NCBI GenBank assembly: GCA_016213645.1
Contig: JACQZY010000013.1
Span: 193,081 to 257,080, forward strand
Direction: 5' to 3'
DNA: 64,000 nucleotides
Source: Actinomycetota bacterium
GTDB lineage: Bacteria > Actinomycetota > Thermoleophilia > Solirubrobacterales > JACPNS01
In this document: positions 54,940-64,000 of the stretch, one piece after another
Layout of the letters: every line of letters starts with the position of its first letter
How positions within the stretch are numbered: the stretch's first letter is position 1
Notes under the pieces: model-generated
What the model saw: the letters and a program-made list of their open reading frames with translations, nothing else
What the model was told of the DNA's origin: nothing
Database searches by the model: none
Program-made: the position numbers and the translations under genes

Positions 54940-56544
54940 ATGGTGCCTCGCTGGCTGAAAATCGCGCCGGCGCTTTGCGTGGCCGGCGCCGTGTTCTTTG
55001 TGACTCCCGCCTGCGCGAACGCCGGTGGCGTCGCCGAGTTTGAACGCACGATTCGCCTGACTGCACCGGATGGTCGCAGCGGCAGGGCGAACTCGGCGGC
55101 GGGCGGCGGGGCGTCGTCGGCGCTGCTACGGACCGGACGAAGCTTCAACTTGGTCGGATTCCGCTGGCGCGGCAGTGCGCCGCAGATCGAGGTGCAGTCC
55201 TATGGCACCGCAGGCTGGAGCCGCTGGACGCGCGTCGAAACCGATGCCGAAGACCTGCCCGACGACGGACCGTTAACGCATGAGGGTGGCGCGCGCGCAG
55301 TGTCTGGACCGATCTGGACGGGACGGTCCAACGGCTTGCGAGTGCGAGTGCGCGGGACGGCCGCGGGTCTCACCGCTCACTTTGTGAATGTTTCAATCGG
55401 CGCGGCTTCGGGAGGAGTTTCATCCGCTGATTTAGTGCGCGCGGGTTCGGGCGGAAAGCCGTCGGCTGGTGTGACGAGCGCGGCCGCTGACGGCAGTGGC
55501 GGCGTGGGCCCGGGCGGCTCGCCGGCCGCTGACACGCAGAGCGGTGCGGGCGGCGGCAGCGGTGGCGGAAAGAGCAAAGGCACTTCGAACACCGGCCGTG
55601 GCGCGGACGTGCCGGCCGCACCGGCAATCGTCACGCGCAGTCAGTGGGGGGCCGACCGCAACTGCAAACCGCGCGTTACCCCGTCTTTTGGCGAGGTGCT
55701 GGCCACGCTGGTGCATCACACCGTCAGCACCAACAGCTACACGCGAGAAGAAGCAGCCAGCGTGGTGCTGGGAATCTGCCGATACCACCGCAACTCGAAC
55801 GGCTGGAACGACGTCGGCTACAACCTGCTGATCGACCGCTTCGGCACGGTTTACGAGGGTCGCTCCGGCGGCGTGGACCGCGCCGTGATCGGTGCTCACG
55901 CGCAGGGCTACAACGGTCAGACCGCGGGCATCGCGCTGGTCGGCACGTTCACGGGATCGGCGCCGCCGACCGAGGCGCTCAACTCGCTGCAACAGGTGCT
56001 CAACTGGAAGCTGGCACTGTCGGGAATCACTCGCAACGAACGCGTGGCGCTGATTTCCACAGGGGGATCGCTTAACCGGTTCAAGGAGGGCCGTACGGTG
56101 TTTGTGCGGCCCGTCGGAGGACACCGCGATGTCGGCGCCACGAGCTGCCCCGGCAACGGCATGTACACGCTGATTCCGGGTCTCGCCGGTCAACTTGACC
56201 CGAACGTGCGCACGGCCACGCGATTGTCGATGCGACTGAAACGCGTTCAGGCCGAGGATCGCGGGCATTCGGTGATCGTGTCGGGTCGATTGCTCGCAAA
56301 AGGCGCGCCCGTCGCCGATCAGGCCGTCGAAATACAGGCACTTGACCTGTCGGTCGGCTGGATCAAGATCGCCGACACGCGTTCCGACGGCAACGGGTTT
56401 TGGCAGGCCACGATTCGGCCGACAAGCAGGCAGTGGGTGCGCGGCGCGTTTACCGGCGGCGACACGATGCGACCGGGCCGATCGATCTGGCGCTACACGC
56501 CGAAACTCGCGCCTCCGCCGGTCAGCGGCACGCGGCGGCGCTAG
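54940..56544 (+). CDS. Secreted N-acetylmuramoyl-L-alanine amidase (Amidase_2 / PGRP domain) with flanking domains
   Basis: The signal peptide is MVPRWLKIAPALCVAGAVFFVTPACANA. The amidase_2 core is LVHHTVSTNSY...CRYHRNSNGWNDVGYNLLIDRFGTVYEGR...GHRDVGATSCPG. Confidence 0.85.
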   Translation: MVPRWLKIAPALCVAGAVFFVTPACANAGGVAEFERTIRLTAPDGRSGRANSAAGGGASSALLRTGRSFNLVGFRWRGSAPQIEVQSYGTAGWSRWTRVETDAEDLPDDGPLTHEGGARAVSGPIWTGRSNGLRVRVRGTAAGLTAHFVNVSIGAASGGVSSADLVRAGSGGKPSAGVTSAAADGSGGVGPGGSPAADTQSGAGGGSGGGKSKGTSNTGRGADVPAAPAIVTRSQWGADRNCKPRVTPSFGEVLATLVHHTVSTNSYTREEAASVVLGICRYHRNSNGWNDVGYNLLIDRFGTVYEGRSGGVDRAVIGAHAQGYNGQTAGIALVGTFTGSAPPTEALNSLQQVLNWKLALSGITRNERVALISTGGSLNRFKEGRTVFVRPVGGHRDVGATSCPGNGMYTLIPGLAGQLDPNVRTATRLSMRLKRVQAEDRGHSVIVSGRLLAKGAPVADQAVEIQALDLSVGWIKIADTRSDGNGFWQATIRPTSRQWVRGAFTGGDTMRPGRSIWRYTPKLAPPPVSGTRRR

Positions 56545-56620
56545 GCCCGAGCGCCGTTTCTGCTTCGGCTGTTGTGATCGGGCGGCGGCGGGCAGACAAA
56601 GGCCCGGCCGCGCTTTTAGC

Positions 56621-57202
56621 TCAGCGCCAGCCGCCGGTCTCGCCGCGATAGATGCCCTCGCCGGTCAGCAACATGCGTGCGGTGCGGGCGATGATCTTTG
56701 CGTCCAGCAGCGCGCCACGGTGTTCCACGTACCAAAGGTCCAGTTCGATGCGCTCGCTCCAGGGCAGCGTTGCTCGACCGTTGACCTGTGCCCAGCCGGT
56801 GATGCCGGGCTTCACCGCCAGGCGGCCACGCTGACGCTGGTCGTATTTCTCCACCTGCGCCATCACCGTGGGACGGGGTCCGACGATGCTCATATCGCCC
56901 TTCAGCACGTTCACCAGATTCGGCAACTCGTCGATCGAGAGCCGTCGCAACAAGGCTCCGGAGCGAAGAATCCTCGGATCGTGTTCCTCGACCACCAGAC
57001 CGGCGCCGAGCCGTTCCGCGTTCTTGACCATTGTCCGCAACTTCACCAGATCGAATTCCACTCCGTCGCGTCCGACGCGGCGCTGGCGGTAGATCGGCGA
57101 TCCCGGAGATTCGACCACGATCGCCACAGCCGCGAGCGCCAGCAACGGCGACAGAAGGAGCAACGCGAACACGCTTAGCAAGATGTCGAACAACCGGCGC
57201 AT
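56621..57202 (-). CDS. Small monotopic phosphoglycosyl transferase (bacterial sugar transferase, PglC/WbaP C-terminal type)
   Basis: A reentrant helix (FDILLSVFALLLLSPLLALAAVAI) is followed by SPIYRQRRVG, KLRTM, DELPNLVNVLKGDMSIVGPRP and GITGWAQV. ATG 57202 was chosen. Confidence 0.9.
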   Translation of the reverse strand: MRRLFDILLSVFALLLLSPLLALAAVAIVVESPGSPIYRQRRVGRDGVEFDLVKLRTMVKNAERLGAGLVVEEHDPRILRSGALLRRLSIDELPNLVNVLKGDMSIVGPRPTVMAQVEKYDQRQRGRLAVKPGITGWAQVNGRATLPWSERIELDLWYVEHRGALLDAKIIARTARMLLTGEGIYRGETGGWR

Positions 57203-57204
57203 CG

Positions 57205-58371
57205 TCAGCGCGTGCCCTCCGGCGGCGTCCAGCCCGCGGGCGTACCGTGGCGAAGATGATCCCAAAGGCCCAGCCCGATCGAGAGTGTGGTGAGCACGTA
57301 GTAGCGCGCGACCAACAGTGGTTTAAGCGGCACCGCGCGGGCGAGCAACGCGGCGAGCAGCAGGGCCGCCTGGGCGGCGAGAAGTACGGCGTAGAGCGTC
57401 GAACCACCGATCGCGAGCGCGAGGCTTGAAAGCAAGGCGACGAGGTGCAGCATCGGCGCCGAATAGCGCAACACGCGGTGCGAAAAGATCATCCAGGAAT
57501 ACGTCAGACCGTAACCACGCGGCGAAAGCATGCCCTCGCCGAACACGATCGGCCATGTGAAAGCCATCATCCGGCGCTTGCGTCTGAACTCTCCCTCGAT
57601 GCTGGGGACCATCGTCTCGCTCGCCCGCGCCGACGGTTCATAGAGAGCCCGCCGACCGAGCTTGACGTTGCTGAACGGCAGCGTCAGGTCGTGTCCCCAG
57701 CGCGGCGCAATGCGCTTGTAGGTGCTTGCGCGCACGGCGTAGATTGCGCCGTTGCCGGCGGTTACCGAGCGCAGTCGCGACTCGCGTTCGCGCAGCCACA
57801 TCTCGTAACGCCAGTAGACGCCTTCCTGGTTGGTACCACCTTCATTGATGAACGTGACGCGGCCGCAGACATAGCCGACCGACTGGTCTTGAAGCACCGT
57901 GACCAGCCGACGCAGCGCGTCCGGCTCCCACATCGTGTTGGCGTCGGAGAATGCGAGCAATTCGCCCCTGGCCTCGGCCACGGCTTCGTTTTGCGAACGC
58001 ATCTTGCCGCCGCGCGGAAGTTCGAGCACGAGGTCGGCGCCGGCTTCGCGCGCGAGTCGCGCGGTGTCGTCGGGCGAGCCGTCGCAAGCAATGATGATCT
58101 GCAGTTTGTCGCGGGGGTAATCGAGCGCCAGAGCATTGGCCACCTTGGCGGCGATCACACCGGCTTCGGCGTAGGCGGCGACGATCAGGGAGACGCTTGG
58201 CGCCTCGGTGGCGTGGGGTGGCTCCGAGATCGCCTCCGGTTCATCGCGATGCGAGGACGCGGCGGTGACGGCGCGTGGCGCGAACGCCGCGACCAGCAGT
58301 GGATAGATGAACTGGGCGTAGACGAGCGCTCCGGCGGAGGCCCAGAAGATGATCGCGAGAACGGTCTGCAT
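57205..58371 (-). CDS. Family 2 glycosyltransferase with N- and C-terminal TM segments (processive synthase-like)
   Basis: SLIVAAYAE...IIACDGSPDDT and FSDANTMW (DxD-type) are present. The ordered GNGAIYAVR and GVYWRYEMW regions follow, and several C-terminal hydrophobic helices are present. Confidence 0.8.
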   Translation of the reverse strand: MQTVLAIIFWASAGALVYAQFIYPLLVAAFAPRAVTAASSHRDEPEAISEPPHATEAPSVSLIVAAYAEAGVIAAKVANALALDYPRDKLQIIIACDGSPDDTARLAREAGADLVLELPRGGKMRSQNEAVAEARGELLAFSDANTMWEPDALRRLVTVLQDQSVGYVCGRVTFINEGGTNQEGVYWRYEMWLRERESRLRSVTAGNGAIYAVRASTYKRIAPRWGHDLTLPFSNVKLGRRALYEPSARASETMVPSIEGEFRRKRRMMAFTWPIVFGEGMLSPRGYGLTYSWMIFSHRVLRYSAPMLHLVALLSSLALAIGGSTLYAVLLAAQAALLLAALLARAVPLKPLLVARYYVLTTLSIGLGLWDHLRHGTPAGWTPPEGTR

Positions 58372-58433
58372 CGCCAGGGATTATCGCGGACGCCCGGAGC
58401 GGTTCGATCGCCTTGGTCCGACCGAGACGGCGA

Positions 58434-59516
58434 TCAGGCGAGCGTCGCGTAAAGATCCGCGGTGCGGCGCGCGATTTCCGTCCACGAGAACTCGCCGTGC
58501 GCCAGCGAAGCGGCGGCGGCGGCAAGGCGGTCGCGTTCACGCTCGTTCGTGAGTAGCCGGGCAAGTCCCGCCGCGAGTGCCGCGGCGTCGCCGGGCGATA
58601 CCGCGAGCGCCGCGCCGTGCGCGTCGGCCAGTTCGCCGAACCCGCCGACGCGCGTGACGAGCAGAGGTTTTTCAAATGCGAGCGCCGTGAACAGCACGCC
58701 CGACTGGTCGATCTGCCGGTACGGCAACGCAACCACGTCGGCGCGGCGGAAGTACGCGCCCAGCTCGGCGTCGCCGACGAAGCGTTCCACAAAGCGAACG
58801 CGGCCCGCGACGCCGCGCGCGGCGGCGAGATCATGCAGCGGCGCCGTGGGCATGCGTGGCATACCGACGATCCAGAGCTCCGCGTCCGTGTCAAAGGCGA
58901 CCGCCGCGAACGCCTCGATCATGAGGTCGATGCCCTTGTACGGTCGCATCAGTCCGAACTGCAGAACCACCGGCCGCTCGACGGCGGCGAACTCCGGCGG
59001 CAGCGGCTGCGGGTTCGCCACGCGAGTGAGGTAGTCAAACACGCCGTGCGGGATCACGTGAACGCGATCCTCGAGCACCTTGAGATGACCGGTCAACACC
59101 CCTCGACCGTGTTCGGTGTGAACGATGATCGCGTCCTGCTTGGCGTAAAGCGCGCGCAGCGCGCCGAGCTGGCCGGGGCGAGGTTCGCGCGGGATCACAT
59201 CGTGTGCCGTCATCACCAGCGGACCTTTGGGCAGCAGACGGCGGTCGACGGCCTGCATCGGAAACCACTGGAAGTGCGTCACGTCAGCCTGCGGAAGGCG
59301 GCGCAGGCTCAGCATGTCAAGCGGGTGCTGCAGGGCACGCAACGGCAACGGACCGCCGAGGCGGTGGAAATGTTCAGACAGTTCGTACCCCTCGGGCGTC
59401 GGCCGCTCGCCGTGGCGAAAACGTGAGGTCACCAGTTCCACACGCTCGCCGCGCGCGGCCAGGGCGGAGCAAAGCGCGTGGTCGTAAGGCGGCGTGTAGG
59501 CCGCGGGGTCGATCAT
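58434..59516 (-). CDS. Family 4 (GT-B, RfaB-like) glycosyltransferase
   Basis: The C-terminal GT-B signature is LQFGLMRPYKGIDL...VALPYRQIDQSGVLFTALAFEKPLLVTRVGGFGE. Start is ATG 59516 or GTG 59528. The upstream part of the 533-aa ORF-track entry is rejected. Confidence 0.85.
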   Translation of the reverse strand: MIDPAAYTPPYDHALCSALAARGERVELVTSRFRHGERPTPEGYELSEHFHRLGGPLPLRALQHPLDMLSLRRLPQADVTHFQWFPMQAVDRRLLPKGPLVMTAHDVIPREPRPGQLGALRALYAKQDAIIVHTEHGRGVLTGHLKVLEDRVHVIPHGVFDYLTRVANPQPLPPEFAAVERPVVLQFGLMRPYKGIDLMIEAFAAVAFDTDAELWIVGMPRMPTAPLHDLAAARGVAGRVRFVERFVGDAELGAYFRRADVVALPYRQIDQSGVLFTALAFEKPLLVTRVGGFGELADAHGAALAVSPGDAAALAAGLARLLTNERERDRLAAAAASLAHGEFSWTEIARRTADLYATLA

Positions 59517-59574
59517 CCGGATGTGCACGGGCTGAAGTATCGCGGTCGCGGGTGCGGATACGCTGCGCGAACGC

Positions 59575-60507
59575 ATGGACGTCTCGTTCTGCATCGTTAA
59601 TACGAACGGCGGCGAACTGCTGACCCGCTGTCTCGACGCGATCGAGCGCACCACGACCGCTCGCCTTGAGTACGAGATCCTGGTGCTTGACAACGCCTCC
59701 GACGACGACTCCGTCGAGCGTGTGCGACGCACCGGGGCCCGGCTGGTCGCGCTGGACCGCCGCGCGGGCAAGGCGGCCAATGACTCACGGCTGTTGCGCG
59801 AAGCGCGCGGCCGATACGCATTGCTGCTGAACGAAGACTCCGAACTACTTCCGGACGCGGTGGAGGCGCTGGTGGCGGCACTTGACGATGACCCGCGCGC
59901 GGCTGCGGCAGGGGCGCGGTTGTTGAATGCCGGCGGTGTGGCGCAACCGTGCGCCTGGCGGTTCACAAGCGTTGCGACTGCATTTGCCGGTGCGCTGTGG
60001 CTGCATCGCGTATTTACGGTGCAGAGCAAGGGCAATGCGACCCGCCGCGTGGACTGGGCTCAGTCGGCCGCGCTGCTGGTGCGCACCGAGGCCGCCAACG
60101 CGATCGGCAACCTCGACGAGGACTTCTTCGTGTACGGCGACGAGGTCGACTTCTGCAAGCGGCTGGCAGATGCGGGCGGCCACACCCTGTACGTGCCTGC
60201 GGCTCGCGCGTATCACCGCGAGGGGCTGTCGCACGGTGCCTCGGCGCGACGACGGATCGTGGAGTTTCATCGCGGTCGCGATCTCTACATGCGAAAGCAC
60301 CATGGCCGGATGGCGGCGATGGCGGTGCGAGCACTTGTCTGTCTTACGTACCTGGAGCGCGCGGCGGCGTCCACGGTGGTGAGGCGTCACTCACCCGGGC
60401 GGTTTCTCATTCACGCCCGCGCGGCGCTGGCGCCGTGGCACAGCGGCGAGGGTCTGCGCGAGGCGGCCGCGACGTATAACTCGGCGCTTGAGGGGTCTTT
60501 GAACTAG
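59575..60507 (+). CDS. Family 2 glycosyltransferase (soluble, rhamnosyl/galactosyl-transferase-like)
   Basis: VSFCIVNTNGGELLTRCLDAI, VLDNASDDDS and YGDEVDFCKRL are classic GT-A/GT2 motifs. The gene is divergent from the GT4 gene. Confidence 0.85.
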   Translation: MDVSFCIVNTNGGELLTRCLDAIERTTTARLEYEILVLDNASDDDSVERVRRTGARLVALDRRAGKAANDSRLLREARGRYALLLNEDSELLPDAVEALVAALDDDPRAAAAGARLLNAGGVAQPCAWRFTSVATAFAGALWLHRVFTVQSKGNATRRVDWAQSAALLVRTEAANAIGNLDEDFFVYGDEVDFCKRLADAGGHTLYVPAARAYHREGLSHGASARRRIVEFHRGRDLYMRKHHGRMAAMAVRALVCLTYLERAAASTVVRRHSPGRFLIHARAALAPWHSGEGLREAAATYNSALEGSLN

Positions 60508-60577
60508 ACGAGCACGGCCGGGACCGGATCGGCCGCGCGCTGTTCGCCGCCACGCGGTTCGTGAGGTGTGCGCGACG

Positions 60578-60599
60578 GGCGGCGCCCCCCGGCGCCGCC
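60578..60599. terminator. GC hairpin between convergent genes (possible bidirectional terminator)
   Basis: GGCGGCGCC-cccc-GGCGCCGCC forms a perfect 9-bp stem between the GT2 stop (60507) and the giant-protein stop (60620). There is no U-tract. Confidence 0.3.
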
Positions 60600-60619
60600 G
60601 ATCGCAGCTTCGTCAGGGA

Positions 60620-63600
60620 TCACCTGAACTTTTTGTCGCCGGCCTTGACGCTGTGGACATAGCGCAGCACGCTGTTGTCTTCGCGCGTGATCACCAGCGT
60701 GAACGAAACGGTCTTGTTCTGGCACTTCTTGAGCTTGGCCTTGTAGGTCTTGCCCTTGCCCTTGATGCCGCCGCAGAAAGCCTTGAATGGCAGCAATACG
60801 GCGGAGTTCTTGGTGGCGATCGAGATTGACCGCGTGCCGTTGGGCAGCGCGCTGTTGATCTTCAGACCGTTGCGTCCGGCCGCCTTGAAGTCGAACACCT
60901 TCAGCGCCTTGCTTCCGGCCTTGCCGGTGACGTTCTTGAGGTTCTTCTTCGTGGCCTTCTTCTTCTTGTTGTACTTCAGAAGCTTGCCGTTGACCTTTGT
61001 GCCCTTCGGGTAGAGCACGCTCATCGACTTGATGCCCTTGCAGTTGCTTGGCACGCTCACCGACATCGTCGAGCTGAGCTTCTTGTTGCCCTTCTTCTTC
61101 ACGCCCTTAGTGGCGATCAGCACTGTCGGCGTGTCGCAAATCGACTGCTGGTTTTCGCAGGCGTAGAGTCCGTTGACCGGAACTCCCGCGCTGGTCGCTT
61201 GACCGCTGTGGCTGGCGAAGTCCGCGTTTGCCACACCGCACTGCCCGTTGTCGCGCACGCCCATCAAACCGCTCGGTCCGCCGCCGATGTTCATCTCCAT
61301 CTGGCTCCAGATCATGTCGGGCAGGTTCTCGAAGACCGACTGAATCTGCACGCCGTTTACGAACGAGTTCTTGCCACGAATCTGAAGGTTGATCGGCGGT
61401 CCGACCATAATCATCAGGTCCGGCATCGCCGTGGTGCCGCGCGCGATGTAAACGGTGCCGGTGACAGGTGTGGGCAGCAACGGCGTGTTCACGGTCACGG
61501 TGCCGGTGGCGCTCGAGGCCGGGCAGTTCCATGCCGCGGCCTGGTCGGCCTCGCAGGGCGACGGCAGACCTTGGAGGTTCGCAGTGATGATCGACGGCAA
61601 CAGCACCTTCGTCGACTTCATCGTGGAGTCGCCGTCATCCAGGTTCATCTTGATCGTCCAAGCCGGAGCGTTGCCGCCGGGACCGCCACCGGAGGCGGTG
61701 AACGACATCCGCGGGTTGAACGTGCGCGGCGGGCAGTCGGTCGCCTGGTACGGCGTGGACGCGTTGGCGGTGGCCGTGCCATACGAGCCGAACGCGGTGT
61801 TGATCGCCATCGCGTCACAACTCGAAGCGTTGTAGAGGAACGGCTTGCCGCTGCTGGCCTTGCCGTCCATCTTCACCTGCAACTCGCGGATCTGCGTCGG
61901 CACGCCCTTGAAGAGCTTCGGAATGTCGCCGAAGGCGACGTCGATGCCGTGGTCGGACGGACGCAGGATGATGCGGCCCAGAGTGATGTAGTCGCCCAGG
62001 TTGTACGGGCCGGCGATCGCCGGAACCTTGATCGCCATACCGGCGATGTCGCCGTTGGTGCCGGTGGTCAGGTAGGCGTCGCCCGGCAGCGTCAGCGTGG
62101 CCGCGCCGTTGCCGATCTTCGCGATCACCGAGCCGACCTTGCTGGCCGACGAACACGTGCCTGCCTGCGCGTCCGGAATCGTGCACATCGGCACGGCCGC
62201 GGCCGATCCGACGAAGCCGGCAGGCAGCGACATCGTGACGCTCTTGAGGTCCTCGTTGCCGTCCGGGCGCGTGATCAGGAACGTGGCGTCCGGGTGTGCG
62301 CCGGACTTGTGCGTGGTGAGCGTGACCGTCGAGCCCGGAGTGAAGCCCTTCGGGCTGCAGTTGGTCACGTTGACGGTGTCGCCGGGGTTGACGGTGGCGC
62401 CGGCGTGCGGCACCATCGATGACGTCACGTTCACCGTGCCGCAGCTGTCGGGGTTGATCAGCAATGGGTTGGTGGCGCCGGTCAGCTCGACGCTGAAGTC
62501 CGTGAACGGAATGTCGGGCAGGTTTTCGAATGTCGTCGAAATCTCGCCGGTGGTCTCGTTGACGACGGCCGTGCCGCGGATCGTGATCACCGTCTTGCCG
62601 GTCAGCTGAATCGCCAGCTTGTATCGGTCGTGGCCGTCTGACGCGGTACCCGGAGTCTCCAGGTACACGTGGCCCTCCAGCGAGTGTCCGCCGGGCGAGT
62701 CCATCGGCAGCAACGGCGTGTCGATCCAGGTGTCGCCGACCTCGGAGAGCGCCGGACAGTTCGTGTTGTCGAGCTGGAAGGCGGTGCAGGCGACCAGGCC
62801 GTCGGCCGCGGCCGCATTCAGGCGGAAGCCGGGCAGGTCCAGGGTCAGCGACTTAAGCGTGGCCTGGTTGGGGTTGGCCGACTGCGTCACGTGTACGCCG
62901 AGCGCCGTGGGCTTCCAGGCGTCGGTCGGGGTGTTGGTGACATCGATGCTGTTGGAAAGCGCCAGCGAGCCGCAGCCGGTGATCGTGGGCAGGGCCGCGG
63001 TGCGTGTGACCGTGCCGGCGGACGGCGACGAGATGTCCGCCGTCACGTTCAACGGGCTGCAGTTGCGCGGGTTGCTCATGAACGGCTTGTCGTCGGCGGT
63101 ACTTGGTGTGCCCTGATCGGCGATGCCGTTCATCTTCATCACCAGCTGACGGATGCGAACGGGGACGCCTTCAAAGCGCTGTGGCATGTTGCCGGTCGTA
63201 GCTTCGAGCGCGTAGTTGTTGGAGTTCAGGTTCACCTCCACGGGCACGATCACCTTGCCCAGATCGAACGGTCCAACGACGACCGGAACGATCACCGTCA
63301 GCTTGGCCGGACGGTTGGCGGGTGGCGTGGTGAGGTGCATCGCGCCTGGCAACTGGAAGGTGTCGCCACCGGACCCGACGTTGATCGTCACGTCGCCGAC
63401 CTTGCTGTCGGCGCCGCAACTGCCGGCGTCGGCCGCAAGTTGCGTGCAGTACGGCGCGGCGGTGGCGGAACCCACAAGTCCCTGTGGCAGCATGATCTTG
63501 GCCTTGCGGATGCCTTGGTCCTTGTCCGGGCGTGACATCGTCAAAGTGACGTCGGCATTGGCGCCGGCCTGCGTGTCCGACAGGGCCACGGCCAGCGACG

Positions 63601-64000
63601 GGTTCTGCGGGATCGTGCCCGGGCAGGGCGCGCCGGCGCCGTCGTAGCTGACGCCGAAGCTGTCAGTACGCGTGACCATGTAATCCGGCGGGTTGATCTC
63701 GTCGTCGTCGCTCCACGGCGTGAGGTCGGCGCTGACGGTGTGAGTGCCGCAGGTCTCGGGGTTGGTGAGCAGTGCGTGGTCGCCCGTGTTGAAGGCGATG
63801 TGCAGCTGCGAGAACTGCACGTCTGGAACGTTGTTGAAGATCGCGCTGACCTGGCCGGTGCCGGAGTCGGCCCCGGCGCCCGAGCCGTCCACCAGCGCCT
63901 GTCCGTGGACCACGAGGTCGCGGCCGGGCAGGTGGATAACGATCGCCAGCTTGTAGCGTGTGCTCGGCGTGCCGCCGGGCGTCTCCAGGTAGACGGTGCC
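60620..64000 (-). CDS. Very large secreted/cell-surface modular protein (partial; N-terminus outside the window) with a Lys-rich C-terminal domain
   Basis: The frame stays open to the window edge, and residues encoded at 63914-64000 (GTVYLETPGGTPSTRYKLAI...) continue the internal repeat. At least 4.5 copies of a ~210-aa module are present, with a conserved LP.G...C-x8-10-C...VG...LPG..YL...F.N.PD pattern. The last ~165 aa are Lys-rich. Confidence 0.8.
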   Translation of the reverse strand, partial: GTVYLETPGGTPSTRYKLAIVIHLPGRDLVVHGQALVDGSGAGADSGTGQVSAIFNNVPDVQFSQLHIAFNTGDHALLTNPETCGTHTVSADLTPWSDDDEINPPDYMVTRTDSFGVSYDGAGAPCPGTIPQNPSLAVALSDTQAGANADVTLTMSRPDKDQGIRKAKIMLPQGLVGSATAAPYCTQLAADAGSCGADSKVGDVTINVGSGGDTFQLPGAMHLTTPPANRPAKLTVIVPVVVGPFDLGKVIVPVEVNLNSNNYALEATTGNMPQRFEGVPVRIRQLVMKMNGIADQGTPSTADDKPFMSNPRNCSPLNVTADISSPSAGTVTRTAALPTITGCGSLALSNSIDVTNTPTDAWKPTALGVHVTQSANPNQATLKSLTLDLPGFRLNAAAADGLVACTAFQLDNTNCPALSEVGDTWIDTPLLPMDSPGGHSLEGHVYLETPGTASDGHDRYKLAIQLTGKTVITIRGTAVVNETTGEISTTFENLPDIPFTDFSVELTGATNPLLINPDSCGTVNVTSSMVPHAGATVNPGDTVNVTNCSPKGFTPGSTVTLTTHKSGAHPDATFLITRPDGNEDLKSVTMSLPAGFVGSAAAVPMCTIPDAQAGTCSSASKVGSVIAKIGNGAATLTLPGDAYLTTGTNGDIAGMAIKVPAIAGPYNLGDYITLGRIILRPSDHGIDVAFGDIPKLFKGVPTQIRELQVKMDGKASSGKPFLYNASSCDAMAINTAFGSYGTATANASTPYQATDCPPRTFNPRMSFTASGGGPGGNAPAWTIKMNLDDGDSTMKSTKVLLPSIITANLQGLPSPCEADQAAAWNCPASSATGTVTVNTPLLPTPVTGTVYIARGTTAMPDLMIMVGPPINLQIRGKNSFVNGVQIQSVFENLPDMIWSQMEMNIGGGPSGLMGVRDNGQCGVANADFASHSGQATSAGVPVNGLYACENQQSICDTPTVLIATKGVKKKGNKKLSSTMSVSVPSNCKGIKSMSVLYPKGTKVNGKLLKYNKKKKATKKNLKNVTGKAGSKALKVFDFKAAGRNGLKINSALPNGTRSISIATKNSAVLLPFKAFCGGIKGKGKTYKAKLKKCQNKTVSFTLVITREDNSVLRYVHSVKAGDKKFR

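Overview
This is a high-G+C chromosomal segment (judged by eye, not computed). It is densely packed with about 60 protein genes and two tRNAs. I saw no transposase, integrase, CRISPR array or rRNA. The gene order rplY-pth-(small ORF)-mfd-(parvulin)-eno-ftsB, together with a fused PafBC-type WYL regulator, a DtxR/IdeR-type repressor and several apparently leaderless promoters, suggests an Actinomycetota-like lineage, perhaps Thermoleophilia or Rubrobacteria. That lineage call is inference only. Recognisable core genes are sucCD, glycerate kinase, mfd, enolase, class I FBP aldolase, L25, Pth, tRNA-Phe(GAA) and tRNA-Ala(CGC). Accessory content includes a vapBC toxin-antitoxin pair, an MrfA-like DEAH/DUF1998 helicase, a P450, two sulfide:quinone-oxidoreductase-like flavoproteins (one in a dsrE / arsR-rhodanese / sqr operon) and two tandem paralogous double-GGDEF membrane proteins. 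It also includes a four-gene glycan-synthesis cluster next to a very large modular secreted protein that runs off the right edge. The observations most worth follow-up are: (1) a csrA gene followed directly by 4.7 copies of a non-coding 37-bp tandem repeat, each carrying a GGA motif on the csrA-sense strand (possible CsrA-titrating 3'UTR or sRNA); (2) a Cheo/LexA-type box GAAC-N4-GTTC between mfd and a small divergent basic ORF; (3) the giant protein built from a roughly 210-aa Cys-pair module I could not place in a family by eye; (4) a tight four-gene operon with two proteins sharing a PspA-like MG[ML]FK N-terminus, a polytopic membrane protein and a 30-aa micropeptide; (5) a rhomboid homolog that has lost all catalytic residues. 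All functional calls rest on motif recognition by eye in the supplied translations. No database search was run, and many start codons are uncertain.
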